A stretch of DNA of 63,614 nt from NCBI GenBank assembly GCA_032125995.1, contig JAQBBQ010000210.1, positions 1 to 63,614 on the forward strand, given 5' to 3'. Positions 8,670 through 18,293 of this stretch are shown in pieces (within the stretch, counting starts at the first letter, position 1; every line of letters starts with the position of its first letter). Under the pieces are notes generated by a model that ran no database searches, had not been told where the DNA came from, and was given only the letters and a program-made list of their open reading frames with translations. The translations under genes were made by a program, and so were the position numbers. The stretch comes from Betaproteobacteria bacterium. GTDB taxonomy: Bacteria; Pseudomonadota; Gammaproteobacteria; Burkholderiales; SG8-39.

Positions 8670-11600
8670 ATGGCTTTCGAACTTCCCGCCTATGCAGAGC
8701 TGCATGGTCTGTCGAACTTCACTTTTTTACGCGGCGCCTCGCACCCCGAGGAGCTGGTCGAGCAGGCTGCGGCACTGGGTTATCGCGCGCTTGCCCTGAC
8801 CGACGAATGCTCGTTCGCTGGCGCCGTTCGTGCGCACCTTGCGGCGAAGCGCTGCGGGTTGCCGCTCATTCTCGGCACCGAACTACGGCTCGAGGGCGGC
8901 ATGAAACTGGTTCTGCTCGCAACCGATCGGCGTGCGTACGGCGCCATTTCCACCCTCATCACCCTGGGGCGCAGGCGGGCGAAAAAGGGCTGCTATACGC
9001 TGTTACCGACCGACGTCGAGGCCATCACGGGCAGTCGTGCGCTGGTGCTGCTCATTCCCGCAGGCGTCCCCGATCTCACGCAGGCGCGCTGGGTGGCGGA
9101 GCGTTTTGCAGGCAATGCCTGGCTGGCGGCCGAACTGCACTGCGGCCCGGGCGATCGGGCGCAGCTCGCGCGCCTGCGCGAGATCGCGGCGGCGGCGCAT
9201 CTGCCCCTGGTAGCTGCCGGCGATGTCCACATGCATCTGCGCTCGCGCCGCCGGCTGCAGGACACGCTCACCGCGATCCGGCTCGGCAGGCCGATCGCAC
9301 AGTGCGGCCATGCGCTGTATCCAAACGCAGAGCGCCATCTGCGCCAGCGCGTGCGGTTGGCACAGCTCTACCCGGCCGAGCTCCTCGCAGAAACGCAGGC
9401 GATCGCCGAGCGCTGTCGGTTCTCGCTCGAGGCGTTGCGCTACGACTATCCGGAGGAACTGGTACCCAAGGGCGAAACCCCGGCTGGCTGGCTGCGTTGG
9501 TTGACTGCGCAGGGCCTGGCCTGGCGGTTCCCGCAGGGCATACCGGACCGGGTCAAGCAGACCGTCGAACACGAGCTCAGCTTGATCGCCGAGCTTGGCT
9601 ACGAGTCGTTTTTCCTCACCGTGCACGACATCGTGCGGTTTGCGAAGCGCGAGGGAATTCTCTGTCAGGGACGCGGTTCGGCGGCGAATTCCACCGTCTG
9701 CTACGCGCTCGGCATCACCGAGGTGGATCCGGCGCGCATGAGCATGCTGTTCGAGCGCTTTGTGTCCCGGGAGCGTCACGAACCGCCCGATATCGACGTT
9801 GACTTCGAGCACCAGCGACGCGAGGAGGTCATTCAGTACATCTATGGAAAATATGGGCGCGAACGTGCCGCGCTCGCCGCGACGGTCATCTGCTATCGAG
9901 CGAAGAGTGCGGTACGCGACGTCGGCAGGGCGCTTGGGCTATCACCCGATCAGCTGACCTGTCTGTCAAAGAGTCTCGCGTGGTGGGACGATCGTGCACG
10001 ACTGCCCGAACGCGTACGTGATGCCGGCCTGGACCCGGAAAGTCCGCTGATCGAGCGCTTGCTCGAGTTGAGTGGCGCCTTGATCGGTTTCCCGCGTCAC
10101 CTGTCGCAGCATGTCGGCGGGTTCGTCATTTCGCATGGACCGATCGCCGAACTCGTGCCGGTGGAAAACGCGGCGATGCCCGAGCGCAGCGTCATCCAAT
10201 GGGACAAGGATGATCTCGAAGCGCTTGGCCTGCTGAAGGTCGATGTGCTCGCATTGGGCATGCTCTCGGCCATCCGTCGCGCGCTGGATTTTGTCAGCCA
10301 GCGTCGTGCAGCGCCTTTCAGGATGGCGGACGTGCCAGCGGAGGATCCTGCGACCTACGAGATGATCGGCCATGCGGACACGGTGGGCGTATTTCAGATC
10401 GAGTCGCGTGCGCAGATGTCGATGCTGCCGCGGCTGAAGCCCGAGAATTTCTACGATTTGGTGATCGAGGTTGCGATCGTGCGTCCCGGGCCGATTCAAG
10501 GGGGCATGGTGCATCCCTACCTGCGGCGGCGGCAGGGGCTGGAAGCGGTGACCTATCCGAGCGATGCAGTGCGGCAGGTGCTCGAGCGCACGCTCGGGAT
10601 ACCGATTTTCCAAGAACAGGTCATGCAGCTTGCCGTGGTGGCAGCCGGGTTCACGCCGGGTGAGGCGGACAATCTGCGTCGTGCGATGGCGGCATGGCGA
10701 CGCAAAGGCGGATTGGAACACTTCGAAACACGCTTGATCCACGGCATGCTGGAGCGTGGTTATGCACGCGGATTTGCCGAGAGCATCTATCGCCAGATCC
10801 TCGGTTTTGGTGAATACGGATTTCCCGAATCGCATTCCGCGAGTTTTGCTCTGCTGGTCTACGTCTCGGCGTGGCTGAAACGCCACGAACCTGCAGCGTT
10901 TCTCGCTGCATTGCTCAACAGCCAGCCGATGGGGTTTTATGCGCCGTCGCAATTGGTGCAAGACGCGCGGCGTCATGGCGTTACCGTGCTGCCGCCGGAC
11001 ATCAACGCAAGCGATTGGGACTGCACGCTGGAAGAGGGCGCGGTGAGACTGGGCCTGCGCATGGTGCATGGTCTCGGCAAGGTCGCCGGGTCACGCATTA
11101 CCGCAGCGCGCGCAAGCTGCGCGGCGCGCGCGTTCGAATCGATCGAGAATCTGACATGGCGTGCCGCGCTCAACCGGCACGATTTGAAATGTCTGGCAGC
11201 CGCGGATGCCCTGGTGGCGCTTGCCGGGCATCGGCGGCAGGCGCACTGGCGGGTCGCGGGCGTCGAGCGGGTGCAAGACCTGCTGGGTCCGGTACCGCAG
11301 CGCGACCCTGTCGTTGCGCTGCCGGCGCCGAGCCTGGGTGAAGGCATCGTCGCCGACTATGCAAGCGTGGGATTGACACTCGGCCCGCATCCACTCGCGC
11401 TGTTGCGATCCAGGCTGGCGCAACGTCGCCTGATGACCGCCGAGCAGCTGCGTGCGCTGTCACATGGCGAGACGGCCCATGCGGCCGGGCTGGTGACCTG
11501 CAGGCAGCGACCGGACACCGCAAGCGGTGTCGTGTTCGTGACCCTTGAGGATGAAACGGGCACTGTCAATGTCGTGGTCTGGCGCGCTCTTGTCGAGCGT

Positions 11601-11750
11601 CAGCGTCGCGCGCTGCTCGGTGCCAAATTGCTCGCGGTACAAGGCGTGATCGAACGTGATGGCGAAGTGGTGCATCTTGTCGCGCATCGCCTGCATGACT
11701 ACAGTGATCTGCTTGGCCGACTGGCCACGCACTCGCGCGACTTCCACTGA
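8670..11750 (+). CDS. dnaE2: Error-prone DNA polymerase DnaE2 (ImuC)
   Basis: 1026 aa. It has an N-terminal PHP domain (YAELHGLSNFTFLRGASHPEELV) and a Pol III alpha core (GRGSAANS, PDIDVDFEH, FQIESRAQM). The size and the position after imuAB distinguish it from replicative DnaE. Confidence 0.93.
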   Translation: MAFELPAYAELHGLSNFTFLRGASHPEELVEQAAALGYRALALTDECSFAGAVRAHLAAKRCGLPLILGTELRLEGGMKLVLLATDRRAYGAISTLITLGRRRAKKGCYTLLPTDVEAITGSRALVLLIPAGVPDLTQARWVAERFAGNAWLAAELHCGPGDRAQLARLREIAAAAHLPLVAAGDVHMHLRSRRRLQDTLTAIRLGRPIAQCGHALYPNAERHLRQRVRLAQLYPAELLAETQAIAERCRFSLEALRYDYPEELVPKGETPAGWLRWLTAQGLAWRFPQGIPDRVKQTVEHELSLIAELGYESFFLTVHDIVRFAKREGILCQGRGSAANSTVCYALGITEVDPARMSMLFERFVSRERHEPPDIDVDFEHQRREEVIQYIYGKYGRERAALAATVICYRAKSAVRDVGRALGLSPDQLTCLSKSLAWWDDRARLPERVRDAGLDPESPLIERLLELSGALIGFPRHLSQHVGGFVISHGPIAELVPVENAAMPERSVIQWDKDDLEALGLLKVDVLALGMLSAIRRALDFVSQRRAAPFRMADVPAEDPATYEMIGHADTVGVFQIESRAQMSMLPRLKPENFYDLVIEVAIVRPGPIQGGMVHPYLRRRQGLEAVTYPSDAVRQVLERTLGIPIFQEQVMQLAVVAAGFTPGEADNLRRAMAAWRRKGGLEHFETRLIHGMLERGYARGFAESIYRQILGFGEYGFPESHSASFALLVYVSAWLKRHEPAAFLAALLNSQPMGFYAPSQLVQDARRHGVTVLPPDINASDWDCTLEEGAVRLGLRMVHGLGKVAGSRITAARASCAARAFESIENLTWRAALNRHDLKCLAAADALVALAGHRRQAHWRVAGVERVQDLLGPVPQRDPVVALPAPSLGEGIVADYASVGLTLGPHPLALLRSRLAQRRLMTAEQLRALSHGETAHAAGLVTCRQRPDTASGVVFVTLEDETGTVNVVVWRALVERQRRALLGAKLLAVQGVIERDGEVVHLVAHRLHDYSDLLGRLATHSRDFH

Positions 11751-11771
11751 GCCTGCTACACTCGGCGCGCG

Positions 11772-12296
11772 ATGACGCTCTATGCCGATACCTTAGGCCT
11801 CATTGCCGCGCGACACCAGCGCAAGCCGGCGAGCACGATGCCTGCGCTCGATGCGCTGTTCCAGCGGCTCTCGGCTTGCCCATCGGCGTCGCATGCGTTC
11901 GCGATCGAGGATCGAATCTGGCACCTGTGGATGTACCACCCGCACCGGATCGCAAACGACGCGCTCGATCGATCGGCGGATGACATCGCGGCGCGCCGCT
12001 ACGATGTTGCCGAAACACGGCTGACACGGTTGCTGCGCTGTCTACCGAACTACGTTGAGGCCTGGCACAAGCGCGCGACCCTCTACTACCTTCTGGGTCA
12101 CGATGAGCAATGCGTGCGTGACCTGAATCGCACCCTCACGCGCGAGCCACGCCACTTCGGTGCACTGTGCAGCTTCGCGGAAATTCTCCTCGGCGAGGGA
12201 GAGGACGAAGGCGCGTGCTTTGCATTTTCCGCGGCGCTCGCGGTCCATCCCTATCTTCTGCGCGCGCGGGCGGTCGTCGAGGGCGAGGTGCCATGA
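11772..12296 (+). CDS. TPR-repeat protein, function unknown
   Basis: 174 aa with TPR-like helices (EAWHKRATLYYLLGHDEQCVRDLNRTL, ALCSFAEILLGEGEDEGACFAFSAAL). It begins 21 nt after dnaE2. Confidence 0.6.
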   Translation: MTLYADTLGLIAARHQRKPASTMPALDALFQRLSACPSASHAFAIEDRIWHLWMYHPHRIANDALDRSADDIAARRYDVAETRLTRLLRCLPNYVEAWHKRATLYYLLGHDEQCVRDLNRTLTREPRHFGALCSFAEILLGEGEDEGACFAFSAALAVHPYLLRARAVVEGEVP

Positions 12297-12453
12297 CCTG
12301 CGATCGAGCGCGATAAACCGTTGACATCCCTTGACAATGGGGCGCTGCGGGGCGAAAAAAAGTCCCTATAATTCAAACTTATCTCGGCTACCGAGGGCCG
12401 CCGGCGGCCAGCGGCCAGCGGGCAGCGGGCAGAACAGCGAGGCGCAAGCAGGC

Positions 12454-12759
12454 ATGAAGCAAGACGCGTACACCGTGACGGTGGCGAAAGACCTCGCCGA
12501 CCTGATTCCCTCTTTCATGGCCAATCGCCGCAAGGAAATCGAGACCTTGCGCACGGCGCTGTCGGCGTCGGATTTCGACGAACTGCGTCGCCTCGGACAT
12601 CGCATGAAAGGCGCCGGTAGTTCCTACGGATTCGACCTGGTTTCCATGACCGGCAAGACCATCGAAGACGCCGCGCAGTCCGCTGACACGGACACCATCG
12701 AATCGAGCATCGCGACGTACGAAGACTATCTCGCCAAGGTCGAGATCGTGTATGAGTAA
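12454..12759 (+). CDS. Stand-alone histidine phosphotransfer (Hpt) protein
   Basis: 101 aa from the ATG at 12454 (MKQDAYTV). It carries the Hpt signature LGHRMKGAGSSYGF (HxxKG). The stop overlaps the next gene's start (ATGAGTAA). The tracked 12331 start adds an implausible Gly/Ala/Arg-rich leader. Confidence 0.8.
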   Translation: MKQDAYTVTVAKDLADLIPSFMANRRKEIETLRTALSASDFDELRRLGHRMKGAGSSYGFDLVSMTGKTIEDAAQSADTDTIESSIATYEDYLAKVEIVYE

Positions 12760-13903
12760 ACCCGCTGCTCGGCAGGCGCCAGTGGGCGTTTCGCCCGCAG
12801 CGTCTGCATTCCGCGTCCTGATTGTCGACGACGACCCCGACATGTTGGGATTTCTCGCGCACATGTTGCGCGGGGAAGGGATGGACGCCGAGACCGCCGC
12901 CGACGGCAACGAAGGCATCCAGAAGGTGCAGGCCTCAGCGCCGGACCTGATTCTGCTCGACGTGATGATGCCGGGCGTGACCGGGTTCGATGTCTGCAAG
13001 CGCCTCAAATCGGATGAGGCGACGGCGATGATACCGATCGTGCTCGTGACCTCGCTCGACGACTCGGGCAGCCGGGTGCGCGGAATTGAGGCCGGGGCGG
13101 ACGATTTTCTCTCCAAACCGGTCAAGCGCGAAGAGTTGATCGCGCGGGTCAAGACGCTGCGCCGTCTGCACGAGACGCGGCGCGAACTTGAGAGCCGGCG
13201 TCTTGCCGGGGAAATCCAGAACCGGGAGGCGATCCGGAGTGCGTTTTCGCGCTATGTCTCGCCGCAACTCGCGGAACGCATCATCGCGGATGCCGGGGAG
13301 GACGGCGAACTGTTTTCGAATCGTGCACAGCGCGTCGATGTCGTGGCGCTGTTCGCGGATCTGCGTGGTTTCACACGGATTACCGAGAGCACCGAGGTTG
13401 GCGACGTGGTTGCCATGCTGAACGAGTATTTCACGATCCTCACCGATGCGGCCTATCACCACGACGCGACGATTTTCAACATGGCCGGCGACAGCCTGCT
13501 GGTGGGCTTCAACGTTCCGTTTCCGCAGGAAGATGCGACGCGACGGGCACTCTTGACCGCGCAGGAAATGGTTGCTCGATTCGCCCCCGTCGCCCGGCGC
13601 TGGAAAGATCACTATGGGATCGCGACCGGCGTCGGCATCGGGATCTGCATGGGCGAAGCCATTCTTGCAAATGTCGGCTCCCCCCACTACACCAGCTATA
13701 CGATCATTGGCAATCCGGTGAACACGGCGGCACGGCTGATGCAGACGGCCCCCGCCAACGAGGTCCTCATGTGCGGAACGGTGTACGCGGAGATCCACGA
13801 CCTGTTGCCGGCAAACGCGGTCGAACCGCGCGGCGAGGTTACGTTGCGCGGCAAGCAAGAGCCGATTGCGGTCTATGCGGTGCGAATCCCCGTTACGGAG
13901 TAA
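12752..13903 (+). CDS. Response-regulator receiver fused to a class III adenylate/guanylate cyclase
   Basis: REC domain: VLIVDDDPDM...DLILLDVMMPGVTGF...LSKP. Cyclase domain: VVALFADLRGFT (metal Asp), AGDSLLVGF (metal Asp), IGNPVNTAARL (Asn/Arg). Confidence 0.88.
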   Translation: MSKPAARQAPVGVSPAASAFRVLIVDDDPDMLGFLAHMLRGEGMDAETAADGNEGIQKVQASAPDLILLDVMMPGVTGFDVCKRLKSDEATAMIPIVLVTSLDDSGSRVRGIEAGADDFLSKPVKREELIARVKTLRRLHETRRELESRRLAGEIQNREAIRSAFSRYVSPQLAERIIADAGEDGELFSNRAQRVDVVALFADLRGFTRITESTEVGDVVAMLNEYFTILTDAAYHHDATIFNMAGDSLLVGFNVPFPQEDATRRALLTAQEMVARFAPVARRWKDHYGIATGVGIGICMGEAILANVGSPHYTSYTIIGNPVNTAARLMQTAPANEVLMCGTVYAEIHDLLPANAVEPRGEVTLRGKQEPIAVYAVRIPVTE

Positions 13904-13910
13904 CGGAGTA
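13895..13910. repeat. Perfect tandem 8-mer x2 (ACGGAGTA) at the cyclase stop / kinase RBS
   Basis: ACGGAGTAACGGAGTA. The first copy supplies the TAA stop at 13901..13903. The second supplies the GGAG Shine-Dalgarno for the ATG at 13914. Confidence 0.9.
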
Positions 13911-13913
13911 ACG

Positions 13914-15188
13914 ATGCGGATTCTCATCATCGATGACGACGCGGATCTGCGCAACCTCCTCGCGCACTACCTGAAGCAGGAATTTCCGCAAGTCGAGGTG
14001 GAGCTGTTCGATCCCCTGGTGCGCGATCTTCCCGATGAGACGTTCCCGCTGGGTCGCTACGACGTCATCATTCTCGACTACATGCTTGGTCGCGGCGATG
14101 GGCTGGATTGGCTGGCGAAGTTCAAGCGCCACGCCGACTGCCCGGCGGTGATTTTCTTGACCGGTGCGGGCAACGAATCGATCGCGGTGCGGGCGATGAA
14201 GGCCGGCGCGGACGATTACCAACGCAAGCAGGAGCTGACGCGAGAAAAACTCGTCGCCTCGGTGCGTGAGCTTACGCACGACGCAAAGGAGATGACGGCG
14301 TCGCCCGAGGTGGCCGCGCGCATGGAAGGCCAGATGCTCGGCACGCGGCTCCAGATTCCGGGCGTCCGCGTGCTGCGCCTGATTGGCGAAGGCGGGATGT
14401 CACGCGTTTATCTTGCGTCGCGCGAGGGCGACGATAACCCCCTGGTCGTCAAGCTGCTGCGCAGCGAGGTCATGCAGGACCGCAATGCGCGCGAGCGCTT
14501 CCTCGAAGAGTACGAACTGATCGAGCGTATTCAGAGCCGCCACGTGGCACGCATCGAAGGGCACGGCGTATCAGAGGACTATGCCTACCTGGTAATGGAG
14601 TTCTTCGATGGCGGCGATCTCAGCAAGCGTCTGGGCGGTAAACCGATGCAGGCGGAAGAGGCCCTGCGCATCTTTCGGGAACTCATGTTTGCGCTCGGCG
14701 ACATCCACGAGCAAGGCATTCTGCACCGCGACCTGAAACCGCAGAACTTGATGTTTCGCGCCGATGGCAGCTTGGCGATCGTCGATTTTGGGATCGCCAA
14801 ACACATCGACGCAGTCGACCGGACGAGCGACGGTGAGGTGCTCGGAACGCCGCGCTATATGAGCCCCGAGCAGGTGTCAGGACGTGCACTCGATATGCGA
14901 ACCGATATTTACAGCGCGGGTGTGCTGCTGTTTCAGATGCTCACGGGACGCCATCTGTTCGACGGCGAGACCGCGGTGGAGGTGGCACTGCACCATCTCA
15001 ATACGCCGCCGCCGTCGCTGCCGGACAGCCTGGTGACCTATCAGCGGCTGATGGACAAGTTGCTCGAAAAGGATCGCGACGCGCGATTCCGCAACACCGA
15101 TGAGGTGATCGGCTTCCTGTCGCGCAAGTTCTACCAGGGCACCGGGGCGCTCGGCGCCGAGATCACCCGCAAACTGCTGGAAGGCTAA
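13914..15188 (+). CDS. Response-regulator receiver fused to a Hanks-type Ser/Thr protein kinase
   Basis: REC domain: MRILIIDDDADL...DVIILDYMLGRGDG...AGADDY. Kinase domain: IGEGGMSRVYLA, VVKLL (Lys), HRDLKPQNLMF, DFGIAK, GTPRYMSPEQ. The ATG at 13914 is preceded by GGAG. Confidence 0.88.
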   Translation: MRILIIDDDADLRNLLAHYLKQEFPQVEVELFDPLVRDLPDETFPLGRYDVIILDYMLGRGDGLDWLAKFKRHADCPAVIFLTGAGNESIAVRAMKAGADDYQRKQELTREKLVASVRELTHDAKEMTASPEVAARMEGQMLGTRLQIPGVRVLRLIGEGGMSRVYLASREGDDNPLVVKLLRSEVMQDRNARERFLEEYELIERIQSRHVARIEGHGVSEDYAYLVMEFFDGGDLSKRLGGKPMQAEEALRIFRELMFALGDIHEQGILHRDLKPQNLMFRADGSLAIVDFGIAKHIDAVDRTSDGEVLGTPRYMSPEQVSGRALDMRTDIYSAGVLLFQMLTGRHLFDGETAVEVALHHLNTPPPSLPDSLVTYQRLMDKLLEKDRDARFRNTDEVIGFLSRKFYQGTGALGAEITRKLLEG

Positions 15189-15224
15189 CAAGGGTCGCGC
15201 AGCGGGCGCTGGGCGACTGGCGTG

Positions 15225-15617
15225 TCAGTCCGGCAGGTTGCTCCACAGGGTGCGCAGCTGCTCCGGTAGATCTTTGGGCGAAAACGGCTTTGAAATGGTG
15301 CCCTTTGCGCCCATCGCAATCAGGCTATCGAGTTCGCGCGACGACGCCTTAGCGGTGATGAAAACGACCGGCAAGTGCGCGACCTCCGGATCCTCCATCA
15401 TCTTGCGGAACAGGGTAGGGCCGTCCATCTCCGGCATCATCCAATCGAGCATGACGAGATCCGGCTGATAGGTCTTCATCGCCGCGATCGCAAGCGTCGA
15501 ATTGCCGACGACCTCGATCGACAGCTTGCCGACGCGCTCCAGCGACAGCCGCACGATACGCTGGATGTCCTCGTCGTCTTCCACATAGAGCACCTTCTGC
15601 AACGGTCGCGTCGGCAT
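15225..15617 (-). CDS. Stand-alone response-regulator receiver (CheY-like)
   Basis: 130 aa, REC only: VLYVEDDEDI...DLVMLDWMMPEMDG...ISKPF. The start overlaps the upstream kinase stop by 1 nt (TGATG). Confidence 0.9.
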   Translation of the reverse strand: MPTRPLQKVLYVEDDEDIQRIVRLSLERVGKLSIEVVGNSTLAIAAMKTYQPDLVMLDWMMPEMDGPTLFRKMMEDPEVAHLPVVFITAKASSRELDSLIAMGAKGTISKPFSPKDLPEQLRTLWSNLPD

Positions 15618-17464
15618 CAGGGTTCCTTCGCAGTATTGGACGGCAGGAACTTGGGCATTTCAAACCAGAATGTCGTGCCGCCGCCATCACGGCCTTGGAA
15701 ATCGATGCGTCCGTGCATGACCTCGACCAGGTGTTTGCAGATTGCCAGGCCCAACCCGGTGCCGCCGTGCTGACGCGCGGTCGTGGAATCGGCCTGGGCG
15801 AAGCGGGTAAACATCTTCTCACGAAAACTCTCCGGAACACCGGGCCCGCGATCGTGGACACTGACGCGAACGGCGGGGCCCCGGTCCTCCAGCGCCACAT
15901 CGATTGCCTCGCCCTCGGGAGAAAACTTCGCCGCGTTCGAGAGCAGATTGGTCAGCACCTGGATCAGGCGCTTGCGATCGGCGTAAATCTGCGTTGCCGG
16001 CAGGTTCCCGATCGCGTTCATGCGCACCTGGTAGCGCGCGGCGAAGGCCCGATTGAGTACCAGAGCCTCCTCCAATACATCGTCGATCTCCAATACTTCA
16101 GGCGCCACGGTGAATTGGCCGGCGCGAATCTTCTCGACATCGAGCAGATCGTTGATCAGGTCGAGCAAGCGCTGGCCATTGCGTTCGGCGATCACCGTGA
16201 GATCCAATACATCCTTCGTCAGTTCGCCGAGGACGCCGGAATTCACCAGTTCGAGCGAGCCGATAATCGAGGTCAGCGGCGTTCGCAGCTCGTGGCTAAG
16301 CGTCGACGTGAACTCCTTTTTCATGCGCTCGGCCTCGAGCTGGCGTGACATGTCGCGCCCCTGCGCCACGATGGAAAGGATTCGACCGTCGGGACTGACC
16401 AGGGGGGTCACGGTCCACTCGCAGACGATGTCAAGCCCGTCGTGACGAACGTTGCGGATGAGTTGCGCCATCATGGGAATTCGGGTGTCGAGAATCGCAC
16501 GCCATTTGGCGGAGAACTCGGCGCGTTCGTCGGATGCGACGAGTACCTCGATGGGTTGTCCGATGAGTTCCGTCGCCGCGTAGCCGAAGAGGACTTCGGC
16601 CGCCGGATTGATCTGCTGGATTTCACCTTGGCCATCGATTTCGAGGACCGCGATGGGTGCGCGGTCGGCGAACAAGGCGAGCTTGCGCCCCGAGGCCTCG
16701 ACTTGACGGCCCGCTTCCTCGAGTTCGAGCAGCTGCTTGCCGAGCCGCCTGTTGAGCTCCCGGTAGTCATCGGTGAGTTCGCTGTAGGCGTAGCGCAGGC
16801 GGTAGCCCGTCGCAAACACGTTGGATAGTCGGTAGGCAATAGCGACATTGACCGCGTAGAAGACGGGCACGAGGATGGCTAGTTCGGTGAACAGCCGGTT
16901 GCCGAAGGTGGCGAGCACGTAGGCAAACGGCGTCAGTACGCTCGCCGCATAGACCGCGTAGACTGGCCACGAGCCTGCGAAGACCGGAATGCCGCTGGTA
17001 ACGACCCCTGCGATGAGGAAGGCGAGGAACACCTGCTGTTCGCCGGTATGCGAGGGGAAAAAAACCGCCCCGGCGAATCCCCAGACGGATCCGATGGCGA
17101 GCGCCGACAGGCCCAGCCATCGCATCCATTGATCCGCTTCGGCGAGCTTGTTGCGGCTGCGCCGATAACTGAGCAGGAGGCCCGCGCTCGCGAACGTCAT
17201 CAGCATGACGAGTCCCCACCAGAACACCATGAGACCCTGGAAGCGCGGCTCCCAGAGCTCAAAGGTGGCGATGCCGCCGATGGCAAACGCGCCAACGATT
17301 GCTATCCAGAGTTGGTCGTAGAGCTGCTCGACACGATCCGCAAGTATCCTGCGCGGGTCGGCATGCTCGCCGGCGCCCTCAAGTAGCGCCAGGTTCGGAG
17401 CTTCGCGTAGCGATTGCGCGGGCGCGTTGAGTAAATCCATGGGCAGGGGCGAGAGCCTGCCCAA
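15617..17464 (-). CDS. Membrane-bound PAS sensor histidine kinase (no receiver or Hpt domain)
   Basis: About six N-terminal transmembrane segments. PAS domain ([31 protein letters not shown]). H-box [17 protein letters not shown]-box [14 protein letters not shown]-boxes DRGPGVP and [11 protein letters not shown]. Confidence 0.9.
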   Translation of the reverse strand: MGRLSPLPMDLLNAPAQSLREAPNLALLEGAGEHADPRRILADRVEQLYDQLWIAIVGAFAIGGIATFELWEPRFQGLMVFWWGLVMLMTFASAGLLLSYRRSRNKLAEADQWMRWLGLSALAIGSVWGFAGAVFFPSHTGEQQVFLAFLIAGVVTSGIPVFAGSWPVYAVYAASVLTPFAYVLATFGNRLFTELAILVPVFYAVNVAIAYRLSNVFATGYRLRYAYSELTDDYRELNRRLGKQLLELEEAGRQVEASGRKLALFADRAPIAVLEIDGQGEIQQINPAAEVLFGYAATELIGQPIEVLVASDERAEFSAKWRAILDTRIPMMAQLIRNVRHDGLDIVCEWTVTPLVSPDGRILSIVAQGRDMSRQLEAERMKKEFTSTLSHELRTPLTSIIGSLELVNSGVLGELTKDVLDLTVIAERNGQRLLDLINDLLDVEKIRAGQFTVAPEVLEIDDVLEEALVLNRAFAARYQVRMNAIGNLPATQIYADRKRLIQVLTNLLSNAAKFSPEGEAIDVALEDRGPAVRVSVHDRGPGVPESFREKMFTRFAQADSTTARQHGGTGLGLAICKHLVEVMHGRIDFQGRDGGGTTFWFEMPKFLPSNTAKEP

Positions 17465-17520
17465 TTGTAATGGGAGAGCGGGATAATTCGGTACGCCCCG
17501 ACTGCCGGCGCGCGCCCGGC

Positions 17521-18147
17521 TTACAGACTTTTGCCGTTTCGCACGATACCGACCGCGATTCCCTCGATCGCGAACGGATCGCGGCGCAAATCGACCTCGA
17601 TCGCTTCGAAATCCGGATTCTCTGGATGGAGCTGCACGACGTGGCCGCGGCGCCGAAAGCGTTTGACGGTCACCTCATCACCCAGTCGAGCGACGACCAT
17701 CTGGCCGCTGCGCGCTTCGTGCGTGCGATGGACCGCCAGCAGATCGCCCTCGAGTATCCCGGCGTCGCGCATCGACAGGCCGCGCACCCGGAGCAGATAG
17801 TCGGCGCGTGGCGTGAACAGGTTGGGATCGACCTGTAGCCGGGCCTGGACGTTTTCTTCGGCCAGGATCGGACTGCCGGCGGCGACCCTGCCGATCACCG
17901 GTAACTCCAGGGCGCGACCGAGGCGGACCGCGCTGCGCGAACGTACGCGGATGCCGCGCGAGGCGCCAGCGGCAATCTCGAGCGCGCCCTTGCGCTCGAG
18001 CGCGCGCAGGTGCTGTTCGGCCGCGTTGACCGAGCGAAAGCCCATTGAACGCGCGATCTCGGCGCGCGTCGGCGGGTAGCCGGTACTCTCGGTGAGCTCG
18101 CGAATCAGCTGCAAGATCTCAGACTGGCGTTCAGTCAGTGCGTCCAT
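17521..18147 (-). CDS. lexA: LexA repressor
   Basis: [15 protein letters not shown]...[15 protein letters not shown] (HTH), cleavage site VAAG, catalytic Ser in GLSMRDAGI, Lys in VTVKRF. Start is taken at the ATG at 18147. An in-frame ATG at 18162 is possible. The tracked 18225 start runs through the operator. Confidence 0.93.
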   Translation of the reverse strand: MDALTERQSEILQLIRELTESTGYPPTRAEIARSMGFRSVNAAEQHLRALERKGALEIAAGASRGIRVRSRSAVRLGRALELPVIGRVAAGSPILAEENVQARLQVDPNLFTPRADYLLRVRGLSMRDAGILEGDLLAVHRTHEARSGQMVVARLGDEVTVKRFRRRGHVVQLHPENPDFEAIEVDLRRDPFAIEGIAVGIVRNGKSL

Positions 18148-18172
18148 GGTGGCGGTGAGCATGCTTACAGTG

Positions 18173-18188
18173 CTGGGATTATATCCAG
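18173..18188. promoter_or_regulatory. Probable LexA autoregulatory box overlapping the lexA -10
   Basis: On the minus strand it reads CTGGATATAATCCCAG, which fits CTG-N10-CAG with G/C at the fourth positions instead of T/A. It contains a perfect TATAAT (plus-strand 18178..18183) and sits 26 nt upstream of the lexA ATG, in the spacer shared with the divergent acyl-CoA synthetase. Confidence 0.55.
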
Positions 18189-18293
18189 TATTTGCGCGAT
18201 GGCAAGGCCAGCCGGCGCCACACACTTGTGCCGCGGGCGCCCCTGCGGCATCGTTTGCCGTCCGCGAGTAACGACAACAGACCGGAGCGTTGG

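Noticed and set aside
12321-12372. Duplicated TTGACA hexamers (12321, 12331) and a perfect TATAAT (12367..12372) upstream of the Hpt gene, as a defined promoter
   Set aside because: The spacing from either TTGACA to the TATAAT is 30-40 nt, far from the 16-18 nt optimum. Individual hexamers alone are not sufficient evidence, so this is left uncalled.
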